Of a stretch of DNA of 64,000 bases, positions 1 through 12,492 are shown one piece after another (within the stretch, counting starts at the first letter, position 1; each line of letters opens with the position of its first letter). Under the pieces are notes generated by a model. That model had not been told where the DNA came from. It did no database searches and saw only the letters and a program-made list of their open reading frames with translations. Both the position numbers and the translations under genes were made by a program. Source of the stretch: the human T2T-CHM13v2.0 reference genome, Homo sapiens; NCBI RefSeq assembly GCF_009914755.1, contig NC_060932.1. One strand, 5' to 3'.

Positions 1-228
1 GTTTAATAAGAGTTGTCCTGAATACATAATTTTGGATTTCTTCTTTAGACTTACAAGATATTTTTTATGTAAATTATTGTTTGAATGTGAAACTTAAAAA
101 AGTGTGTACATATAAGCATAATAATATATGCTTTATATTTATATAATGTATAATATATATCTTATATGTATATAATGTATAATATATACATTTGTATGTA
201 CATACAGAACACAAATAATAAGTATAGA

Positions 229-911
229 CAGAAGGTTCTTGAATACTAACATTTTGTTCAAAATCATTCTGTTATAACATTGATGAGAAAAAAAATTGAT
301 TCCCACCCAGGGCCACTGTCTGTATGGAATTTGCACGTTCTCCCGAAGTCTATGTGGGTTTTCTCCCACATTCAAAAGATGTGCATATCAGGTTCACTGG
401 CATGTCTGAGTGGTCCCAGTCAGAGTGACTGCAGGTGTGTGTGAGTGCACCCAGTGATGGGTAGGTGGCCTATCCTGGCATGTCTGAGTGGTCCCAGTCA
501 GAGTCAGAGTGACTGCGGGTGTGCATGAGTGCACCCAGTGATGGGAAGGTGGCCTGTCCAGGGAGGGCATCCTGTCCATGGTAGGTTCCTGCCTTGGGCC
601 CTGAGCTGGGAGAATAGGCTCTAGCCACCCACAACCCTGAACGGGAATAATTTGGTAAGCAATGATCTTACTTGTTTTTATTCGTCTTTCTTAAATGTAC
701 ATATATCTCACATTTATTTCAATGTTTAATATTAAAGTGTTCTGATCTTTATTTAGAAGTTTGTTGATGTTTTTTGTGACCAGAATATACCATAGGAACT
801 TAACTCTTATTTATATCAATTAGCCTGTGGTAAAATTGGTTCCACATTATACATCATTTTGCTCAAAGATAGAGTTTCCAAGAAACTGCCAACAATGTTG
901 AGGACTTGCTG
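229..911 (+). mobile_element. MER6/MER6A non-autonomous TcMar-Tigger DNA transposon with internal tandem duplication
   Basis: Ends cagaaggttctt...gaggacttgctg(ta) match MER6 TIRs; internal gccactgtctgtatggaatttgcacgttctccc matches recalled MER6 body. Confidence 0.85.
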
Positions 912-1913
912 TATATTTACATTAAGGATATATAAATATACATTACATATACATACATAGATAATAGGAATATTCCTGACTATATATTTTAAATAACTAT
1001 TAACACCAAATATTAAATAACTATTAATACAAAAATTTTTAATAATTATTAATACCAACTATTAAGGAGAACACCTTCACTTTTAATTTAGCACTCATAC
1101 AGAAAGTTCAAAAAATGACATATGGAAACATATGTGCTTTGAGTAATTTGTAGTCAACCAATGAATAGAATAATACAATATGCTTCAAAGCACAGCCACT
1201 ATAAAAAAAAAAACACTTGATTTTAGCAAATTTTTCTTTCACATTTCTCAAAAAAAAAAAAAAAAGAATGTCAGAGTTTTCTTTCCAGCTCAGCTTGAGA
1301 AAATGTCTTGGAGTACTTTATGATATATGCATAGACACGTCTTAGGAAAATGAAACTGCAGTTACCATCATTTATGAATTTAAGAAAGCCATTTAAGACA
1401 AAGGGAACCAAATTTCTCATCAAAAAGGAAAACACATTTCATGACAGTAAAAACTTTGAGATATTGCATGAAGTAGTCTTAATCTAGTTTACAATGTTTA
1501 AAATCCTTGCAAAAACTCAGCATGGGAACTGTTTTAACTGTAAAAGATTTCCAAAAAAAAAAAAAAAAAAAGAATTCTGAACACCAGGATGGAAAGTAAT
1601 CCAGAAACCATGATGCTATTTAGTTGGTACTTCTTAGCAGCCTGGGTAATCTCTGGCACAGTCAGCTAGTCAGGAAGTGGCAAATGTCTAAGACGTACCT
1701 ATCAATTGGCTAATAATAAACTCTTTGACAAAGTTCACCAGTAGCTCTGTGTTCCCCAGTAAAACAATAAAATACAAACACAAACTTTTCCTTTAGAAAT
1801 AGCAGGAGACATACGGTATTTCAGAATGCAAGTAACTCTACTAAACAGATTATCCTCCAATACTTAATCTATTAACCACGAGGACATGAAGAAAGTAATT
1901 ATCAAATCCTCTT

Positions 1914-2223
<310 letters not shown>

Positions 2224-5200
2224 CAAATCCTCTTAAAGTTATCATTAGTTCTTCTGTTTAGGAGTGAACAGTTTTTCTCAAAGGAGACAAAAAAGACACT
2301 GGATTTCCAGTGAAAAGTCCTTAGGACTCCAAGTGGGTCAGGTGGAATTACAGGGTAGTGTCAGCTGGTTTGGGCTTCTGAATTGCTGATTCACAACTGA
2401 TGGTCACGATAAAGCTCGTCCATCAGAGAAGGAAGTAAGCGTGACCACATTTTAGAATTTACTTCCATGGCCACATCATTTTGATTTGACAGATACTTTC
2501 TGGGATTCACATATGTTTTCTGGTCTATGTCCTGTCTGTTCAGGGAGATACAGTCTCCCTGAGGGCAGACTCATCTTCCGAGGAGCTCGGCATCTTTATC
2601 TCCAGTACCACGCACATCCCAGGTTTCGAAGGAATTAAGGAAATTTAGAGCTGGAAAGGGGCCAAGAGGTTAGTCCAAATCCTTCCTTTATAAGCAGGAA
2701 ACCCTTTCTAAATACTAATACGGTACAGACTTAGTGGGGGCCAGGAGGGCCCAGCAGTCCCCTGGATGCTCATGGAAAGCAGTGTCCTAGCCTGACTGCT
2801 CTGTGTCACCCCCACCACCCCAAGCAAGAGAAGATTCTCAATAAATCTCTTTTGGTTACAATTTCTGGATTATTTTGCAAAATTATTTAAAAGAAACCTT
2901 GTGATCCATCTTTGTTAAAAGCTGAGTATTATGCAGTTAGAAAATAAGACACAAATAATTTGGAAAATGAGAAATTTCTTCTCTCTCTGCAGTCTGTCAT
3001 TCTTCCCCACTTGCCTTTCCTTTTGTTTGGATTGATTATAAAACCTGCTCCTATCTTATAGGGGCATAAATTAATGGAATTACTGTGCTAAACATTACCC
3101 CTGGTAAATGGTCCTTGTATCTGTAGGTTTTTTTCTCCTTGTCTGTTCTCATGAATGATTTCAATGATTTTCAGATTTTCCACAATTAATTAATTAATTA
3201 GCCCATCAAAGACATTATTGCAGCTAACACTGAGCACCTCCTATGGTGTATCACTGCCAGGGTTTCAAACAGTTGCCGAATGATGACCTGAGTGTTAGAG
3301 ACATCTAATGCATTTATCAGCACTGAGCTGAAAAAAATAAGTTAGCACTGTCAAATGATGCAAGTAAACTTTCTAATGATAGAAGCAAACTTTGCAATTT
3401 CTGCCCTTAGCAAGGGCTGAAGCCCCCTACTCATCCCTTACAGATGACAATTACTGTCTGTGTTTTACAGCCCCAAAGCCTGTTTTTGAGTATTGGATCA
3501 GAACAATGTATTCAGGGAGCCATATACAGCTGCCAACAGGATGGCATCTGTCTGTTAGTGGTGCATGAATCTTCAAGGTCTTCAGTGAGTGCTACTTTAT
3601 CATTTATCTGAAACAGTGGATGTGGAGGTGTAGATTGGAGCATGTGTGTTGTTCTTTGAATGACTATATTGCAGAGATACTTGGAAATAGAAACAGCTAT
3701 CTACAGGGTGGAATAAGTGTTTAACCACAACAGATAATCTGAGGAGTTTTGCAAAGGGAACTCTCTTATGATCTTGAGAAATGTCTTTTGCTAGAAAAAT
3801 AGATTTCATTCTGCAAACTCAGTGAGCATCTTCTCCAACAATGTGGTCTTCTGGAGTATACCGAAAGTTGTGAATGTTGTAAAGGAATATTATTGATTGA
3901 AAGAGTCGAAATTCTCTGTTTTATAGAATAAGTATTTTATACACTCTGGAGCAAATTTTATGCATTCTGGAGCAAATAAACCACAAATTTACATATCCAC
4001 ATGGATAGCTTATAAGCGTACCTGTTTTAATATCTATAAGATCACATACCAACATTAACACATATCAATTTCAGAATATGCCAGCTCTGTTTGGCCTATT
4101 TCCTTGTATTGACTCATGACTTTCATGTGCCATTACCCATTAATAGCCTCTTCTTTGGTTCTTCTTACATTTCTCATGTCTACTGGAAACTCAGTGATAA
4201 TTTCACGTTAAAGAGAGCCGGGAGGCCTAACCATTATGCAAAATTCCAAAAACATTTTTCACAAGACAGGGAAATGATGCATATGAAGGACCCTAAGGCA
4301 CCATTCCTCTTGGTAGATGCAATGGGTTCATGATTTTTATAGCCCAAGTAACCAATAAATAAGTAAGTAGATAGGTAGACAAATAATTCCAAAGAAGAGA
4401 AATTTTTTAAAGTGGACTTACCATCTCTAGCCATATTTATTCTAGTAAGAAACAAAAGATGGACATAACTTACCTTCCGCTCCCTGATAAAATCCTGCCT
4501 TAGGAAAGTTAATTACAAGATCCCACTGAGTCTGACATGTAGTGAGGTAATGAAAACTCTTTGGTTCTAGAGAATTACAGTATAGTACACAGTGCTCACA
4601 AACAGAATGAATAATTGAAATCCAGAGCTCTTATGCTCCAATGGAAAAAAAACAATATTTCATGGCACATAAATTTATTCAGCTTATTTGCATTAAGGCT
4701 GAATGATCAAGGCACTGTCCAAAGAAAAATAGTGATGGTACCTTAATTTAAGTGGGATGAGCGTTCATAAATATTCTTAGGAAGCAAGATGTACCTACAT
4801 TTAATCAGCACTTATTAAAATTTTATTCACTATAGTTATTCAACAGGATCTGTGGTATAAAAACATAATTACAAAAATCAGATTTGAGCTCATTTGACAA
4901 CAGAAGGGTTTTATGGTGACCTATCTCCAAATGTTCCTATTTGTAATTAAATGCAGCGATCAGCAGTAAGGATTTTGAAGCTGTTTTAGTAGTTCCGCTA
5001 TTCTGCTTAACATGTGGCACCCGTAATAATTAAAATGATACTAACACATGCACAATTTTATGGCCCTTATGGTGCAACCCATTATGCCAAATAAGGGCCT
5101 CTGTTTTCACAGCATACTGCACATGGTCTCATTACACCCACTTTTCTTTTCCTGTCTTCACACTAACAACTGTTAAAGTGAATCAACACACGAAACGTAC

Positions 5201-7854
5201 TATAACAGCTTAGTGTTTATGATATGTGTGCTGTTAGTCAGTGAACAGGAAAATCTAAACATTTACTGTTTATGTAAAGAATAGCGTTAGTGTTAGCGAA
5301 TTGCTCGGGTCTGCTTACTTTATTATCTAGATCACAAACGTAATGATGGGTTTCAATGGCATCTATATTTTCGCTTTGTTTTGTTTTTCAATGCAGATGT
5401 CTATAAAAAACAGAAGAATTTAGCATTTACATGTCTTGGAATATTTCTGCTGAACCATAAAATAATTCAGAGATCACTTAAAAAAAGATAGATAGATCAG
5501 TAGTAGAAGAAGCATTCTCTTACAAAAAAATAAGAAGATGATGATGAAGAAGGAGGAGAAGAGAAACAGAGAAAGATTTAAACATATTTAGAGATGATTT
5601 CCCTCACAACATGCCTAGGCTGAATCTGGTTTATCTGAGGTGTTAAAAAGCGATAAGCCGTTTTTATGTGTATCATACTAAAATTTACAAGAAACTGGGA
5701 ATTTGAGATTAGTGCCATTTTATCATGAATAATTTTGTAATTAAGAAGCTCCTCAAAGACCTCCTACACTCATTTTACAGTCATCAGTTCCGAATGGCAT
5801 TCAGTCTTTTTGTTCTGGGACACAATCCAAAATAGGTCCCATCGGTAGAACACCAACGGATCAGGCAAGATCTCACCTCTGATTTTTACATTCTCATTTT
5901 TCTGAACATCAGTTGAAACTTCAGATTAAGAATAACAACTTTTCTTCATTTTCTCCTTCTGGAGTCAAACTCAAGCCTGTCCATTTAGGAATGTTGCCGT
6001 ATTGGCGCTAACCGGGAAGAAGCTGAGCTGAGTAGGCCTTGAATGTTAATGGCTTAATAGCTCAATTGATTGCAAAGATACAGAAGAAAAATGCTCACAG
6101 ATTGCAGCCTTCACATGGTTTGGCTCTGCGATCTCATAAACAGTGTGACGTCAACCAGTAGAGAACCATGTGGATGCTGTATGAGGACCATGCGCTCATT
6201 ACAGAACTGTGAAAATTTGTGGGACGGCAAAATAAAAATTATCAGCCAGGAAAAAAAAAGGCAAGATGAGAAATGGTAGGGGGAAAGCAGCTTAAGAAAG
6301 ACCTAACACATTCTTCTATATAGGCCTCTCAGTCAAAAGACTAGGAACACTTAATATTATGTAAATATGACTGCAGGTCCAACAAACTGCAAGAACCTGA
6401 GAAGCTACAAAGAGACACTCCCAGATAGTACTCTGGAAAGATTGCATCCCTGTTAGGGCACATTCTCCAACTCCGCTGCTTACCAAAAAAAAAAAAAAAA
6501 AAAAAAACCCACCCTCTTCAATAATTGAAGAAGGAATAAGGCTTTTATCTGAACGTGTAGAAGGTTGCATTTTGCAATCTCTTTTCTTTGATTTTAAAAA
6601 AGTGTTTGTGATCAGCATTAGTATTTACTACCCTATGATCAAAAACAAATAACCCACTTTGTTTGTTTCTTACTGCAAATGAATTAAATTAGAAGCCATT
6701 AGGAGGACTTGCTGCTTATATCCTTGTTTCAGCAGTGGTAGTATTTGAAGTTTCCTGCGGTAAGTTCATTACTCGTATTTTGTCCAGAATTAGTGAAGCG
6801 TGCTGAAAATTGCTAATGACAGATGTTTCTCCACTCTGTCACACTTCTTGTATCATTTGATTTGGAAAGCAACATACGGTGTTCTGCTCTATCAGTATGT
6901 CACAGACTGTCTGTAAACAGCTGGTCATAACTCAGTTCAGTGAAAACCATTACTTTCCAATGAAGGGCTGGACACCCTCCAAATTGCATTTTGGCATGGC
7001 CTCGGCTGCATAATGCACAAAGTTCCTCTGTTATGAGGTTACCTAAGGAAGATCTCTCACTTTCTCTGCTTGTTTTTTATGTTTCAGAAAATAAGAGTGT
7101 TTTCTCGGCAATAGATAGGAGATCAAGAGAATATAAAAAATACATATTTTAATGATAATATTAAGTATTCAGAAAATCTGTGAATGGCGCATTGCAAAAG
7201 ACAACAACAGAACCCACCCAAAATGTGTATCATGCCATTTCTAGTTATCTCTTTGGTTGAAGGGAGCATGCTTTATTAGGGGTCAGGACACACAAGATAA
7301 CATATTTAAATGTCTCCTATAAAATATCTGTGGCATATGAGCATGACCAAGTGGCTATTCCATGATATCTAGTCACAGTGAGAAATACTAAAATCATTCC
7401 CCTGTCATTTATATGATGGTGAAATCATGTAAAAGCAAGTGGTCTTGCTCTTTTTATCTGAAACTCAGAAACTCATCAAGCCGAAAACCGAACGTAAAAA
7501 TCACGTAAGTTCAAGGCCACCCTCTATTTAACATGACATTTTAAAACATGCTAATTGTTACATTAAAAATGCAAAGTTATATGAATAGTCACCACATATT
7601 GAATACCAAAAAAAAATCATTCCCAACACCTTTCAGAAGGTTTGGAGTATTCCCTCTCTCCGGAAATAAAATCTCTTACAGAAAACATCGGGATAGAATA
7701 GAGAGAACAATAGATATTAAATATCTTTAAAGCCATTTGACACTTCCAGATTCCTAGAGGTTTTCCAATATTTATGAAGAACCTAAATAGAAGGAAGTCA
7801 GCCCATGTAAGGGACTGAATGATAGAGGAACACGTCCATCTCAGCTTAGCACTC

Positions 7855-8235
7855 CTTCAATCAAATATTCATCAACAAATACCAAGTACTTACAGGTGCC
7901 AGATAATTGCTAGAGATATTTTTGTGTGATTCTTTTCTATACAAGAGGACAAAGTCTTGTAAACACTCAACTCAAAGAGTAGGCTCTTTTTCACCTGGCA
8001 AATCACACTTCCTTCCAGGCTTACACATTACTTCTGAAGACTTCCCTGACTCCCCCGGGCAAAGTTGGTTCACATCTGGGCTTTCCCTCACGCATTTCTA
8101 GTAGTCTACTATTGCAGATCAATGCAGCTGGAGCCCAGGAGAGAGCAATTCATTCTGTGAGACAGTCAGGGGAGACTACAGAGGAGGTGATATCTCAACT
8201 GGGCCTTCAAGAGTGACTGGCATATGCAAAGTAGA
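7855..8235. mobile_element. Degraded L2 fragments
   Basis: attcatcaacaaatac...gtgccag and gaggaggtgatatctcaactgggcctt resemble the L2 3' region. Confidence 0.45.
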
Positions 8236-10361
8236 CAACATTTTGGAACATCTCAATTAAGAGATATGTCCTCAACTAGTGAAAAAAAAATGCAACACTC
8301 CTTGCAAAATAAATGATGTAAGAGTAGAAACCAAATATATGAGAAAATACCATGAAATATCAACTATATACACAATAAAGAATCTTTTTAAAACAAGATA
8401 TTTTACCTGGATTGAATTTTTTCTCATCTTCTCCTAGGCCAGGGGTTTAAAAATGAATAGGTATTCTTTCCTGGCAGAGATAAAATCAATAGATTCTGTG
8501 TATGAAAGGAGACCACAAAAGAGGAAGGATTCACCGACTGGATGAAGAAAAAAATTTTAAGTAAAAACACAGAATATTTTTTAAGTCATGCCACTCATTA
8601 CACTATTGAGTACAATTGGTTTCCCAAAACATTAATATTTTAAGGCAATACTTCAGTAAGAGGAATTTTTGTGTTTCTTAATATGAGACCATTCCTGAAA
8701 ATTACCTTATATTGGTCTTGTTTCCATTTAAAAAAATACACGAGCCTTACTATGGATGTGTCCATTCTTTTAAATAATGAGCTCTTTGTAGTTGTTGAAT
8801 TGTAAGTTTCTTGGCTTAGTGCCCACTTGCTCAATTAAACTAGGCTGAGCCACCAAAGAGGTCTATCATCTGTAAATGTGATAGCAGAAAAGGTTAAAAA
8901 GGACAGTCTTCTCTGTCAGTTTCAGAGGGCTTCACCTTTTTAAGGAATGTAGCCAGCTAAGAAAACATGTGTTGATTTTCTTAAATGCTCAAGGCTAATG
9001 GAAGAAAATTTAAGACAGAGAAAAATGTTTTCAATACTGTTCTTTTTTCCCCCACCCATCTATGCTCTTTTCTTTTTTGAGTATTTACCTCTACTTATCG
9101 TGAATGTCCTTCTTATAGCCCAACCCTCTTTCCTTTGGCTCTGTTAAAGTGCTTAGTAAAGGACTGTTGCTTTTCCATCACAGAGAAGTAGTCTCACATA
9201 ACATTAAAAGTAAAGGCCTCTCATTTTTACAAAAGGTAGTACAGGAACTTCTGTAGGTTGATTATTCCAGGTGGCAATACTATTAAATTAGGATTTTTGC
9301 ATGACTGTGCAAAACAATATGTCCTTGTTGTTATATTTGCTGTTATTTCAATAATGGTCTTTTCTTATTTTTTTTTTTTTTTATTTCTGCTGATGGTCTT
9401 TTTTTTTTTTTCTCCCCGTAAGTAGTGCTACTTCTAAATATGAGCTATGGCTCCTAGAGCAGATGGGTGAGAAAAGAAATAATTTCCACCCTATAACTTG
9501 TTAGAAGAGCTCAGTGTCTTGCCAATTGGCCAGGAGTTTCAGCACTCAAATACAAAATACACAGATTCTCAAAGATTAGTCCTCTGTGTGGTTCTTATTT
9601 GAGTCTCTTGAAATCTCAATAGGGCCAAAAAATTATTCATTGAATTTTTGACTAATGAAAATTGCAAGTTATGGCCAACATCCTATTGGTGGTCCCCTGT
9701 TGTCCTTCTGGTCAAAACCCTGGCCAATAAATCGAAAAAAAAAAAGATACCCTTTCTGTTCAACATATACAACAAATCAAGTCCGTTTATGAACATTTTC
9801 TTCAATGAATAGATTTCTTTTAACCATTTCAAGGAAGAAGTGTTTTGCAATAATACACAACTGGAGCCTTTAAGGAAACAGCAAAGCAAGGACAAGGAGG
9901 CATAAAAATTAATTTAGCCTGCCACATACATAAAATGCATAATGGCATACTGGTGCTCCCAGTTTGTGGACTAGAAGATAGACTAACAAAGATTATCCTT
10001 AATGGGAAAACTTAACAATTTGATTTCATTTTATTCTGTTCCATTCAACAAATAGTCATGGTATTCTACTAAGTGCAAAACCCTTTTTGAGGCATTGAGG
10101 GAAAATAAAGGTGTACATTCCCAACTGTGGAATAGTGTTCCTCAAGAAGTCAACAGAAACAACTGTACAAATAATTCAAATGCAAGGCAGTACATAAAAG
10201 TACCTTACATATATGTGTGTGTATAATCTCTAAAAAAGTGTTTATATATTTTATAACTCCCAACTTGAGTAACAAGATCCCCATCTTGCACCACAACAAT
10301 ATTTTAAATCCCAAGTCCCTACAATTAGATAGCAAATAGCTTTTATTTAGGATCTGATTAA

Positions 10362-10484
10362 TAGAGTGCCTATGTAATTTATCATCCAAACAAGGACACT
10401 TTGAGAGTGAGAAGTTGTGCTATTAATAATTATGCCAGGTCATTAAGAATAAATTGGGACTGTCCCAGACATATGGTCACTCTA
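10362..10484. mobile_element. MER94-like hAT-Blackjack MITE
   Basis: TIRs tagagtgcc...ggtcactcta; internal aatttatcatccaaacaaggacactttgagagtga and gggactgtccc. Confidence 0.75.
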
Positions 10485-11351
10485 TTAGTAATTTTAGTAT
10501 TATCAAAACAATATCATTCCCCTTTTCTTCTTCTTCCTGCCACCTGCCTTTAGTAGAGCATTTTATCTCTTATTAGATAGCATTCCATGAGAGACTAGCC
10601 AGGAATAAAATGACACTGCATCCTTCAGATCCATCAGTTATACAACAAAATAAAGACTGGATGGGAGATCATTTAATTTATACTTATTAGGTCAGATACT
10701 GAGCCAGGTGTTAGTGATACAAAGATACAAGCAAGCAAATTTCTATCAATATTTTTCTCCAACAAAACTGGAAAGCATATCTCTATTCAAAAAAAATTTT
10801 AATATTTTCATTTTCTTTTAAAGTACTTTTTAAATTATTATAAAATATTTTCATAATTTTTTCCTAAATTGAAGTGCATATGTTAAGATAAGGAGAGAAG
10901 GGAGTGGTGAAGTGGTTCTTCTGCAAAAGACTTTAATCCAATTTTCCCATTGCCGAGTCATGACAAATTCCTCCAGGTTGTTTCTACCTGCTTCCTGCCT
11001 CCTTTCCCCCTTCTCCTTTTACTTTTCCTCCCCAAGTTCACCACAGAGGATTATGGAGGGAGAAAAAAAAGTAAGTCATGCAGTTAAATTTGTGGAAGCA
11101 GTTCAGTGTCTTCTTGCCCCATCTCAAATCCAGGTTAAAATGGCGTATATATATATGTAATGAGCTAGGTTAAATGGAAAAGAGACACACAAATCAATTT
11201 TTTACAAAACCCTTATGGAGATTCTTAAAATTATGTCTGTAATGAAATAATACTTAAGGAAGGAAAATATTTCATCCAAAATAGAAAACGTAGAAAGGCA
11301 GAGCTCTAGGGAAGCAATAAGTCTTTTGGGGCACGGGGCAAATAAAGCATG

Positions 11352-11680
11352 GATAACACACTCAAAAACCTACAGGGCTGGGCAGGTGATGTGAATGAGT
11401 GAAGTGACCTAGGCACAAGATGATCAGAGACACATTAAGGAATGGTGTGGACTGTGGCAAATCACAGAGTTATGCTGTAGGTAAAAGTGCAGCAGCTACT
11501 CAGCAACAGCCAATTACTATGTGAAACTGTAAATCCAGTATAAGTTCAGTCAATTTTCAAGAGAAACTAGAAAACCAGGGTTTTCAAAAAATCCCCTTAT
11601 TGTTTAATGCTGGCAGTGAAATCAAATGAAATGCTCTGCAAAGCAAACCTGGTCTTTGGGCCTGTCAGTCTGAGAATTCT
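11352..11680 (-). mobile_element. MER102 (hAT-Charlie)
   Basis: cctacagggctgggcagg...aatgagtgaag, gcagctactcagc, ttttcaagagaa match the reverse complement of recalled MER102. Confidence 0.7.
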
Positions 11681-12025
11681 GAAAGAAAATCCTTTACTGG
11701 CACATGGCGGCAGAAGAACACAGGGCTCTTCTTCCCATATCCAGGCATATTTGCTTCTGCCTTGCATCTGATCCTTTCAAAAAGGAAACCTTTTAAGAGG
11801 AGTGTTTGTGTGTGTGTGATATGCAGGCTTTAAAATATTTTAAGTGTATAAAATACATGTGTGCCATGTATTTTTTAAATGTATACTATGATTTAAATGT
11901 GGAAAATTTCTATATTGACAATTGTAATTAAGTCGAATCATACATAATGGTGAAGTTCACTTTTTAGGATTCAACAATTCTATCAGTCTTCCTGCACTCT
12001 CTCTTGTTAACAAAATACATTTCCT

Positions 12026-12180
12026 ATTCATTCATTTCTTCAGTCAACAAACATTTATAGGGCACCCTGTGTGGTAGGGCAGGCTCTGTTCTAGATGTTA
12101 GGGATACAAAGAGACAGAGAAAATGACCTGCCTTCATGGAACTTACATTCAATAGGAAAGAGAAACAGAAAATAAACTTA
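12026..12180 (-). mobile_element. L2 3' end
   Basis: attcattcattt...caacaaacattta...cctgccttcatggaacttacattc. Confidence 0.75.
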
Positions 12181-12492
12181 AAAAGCAAATTATACCTAAA
12201 CATTAGGATGTGGATGGGATTCAGGTCCAGAAGTTTCAGTTCAAACATGAAAAATGTCTAAAACTAAAATATTATCTGACTGGTGTTTTGAGACATCTTT
12301 GAATGTCAAATGCTGAAAAGAAATCGTATCAGTATCAATCACTAACCCTGCTTAGGAAGTGACATAAAATGTTGAGATTGCTGGGAAATAAATAAGGAAG
12401 TGAATTATTATTGAGTGTGTGATATAGGAATAAGAGTGCAAGGACTTACTATACTCATCATATTATCATTGTTATATTGTACTACTTAATTA

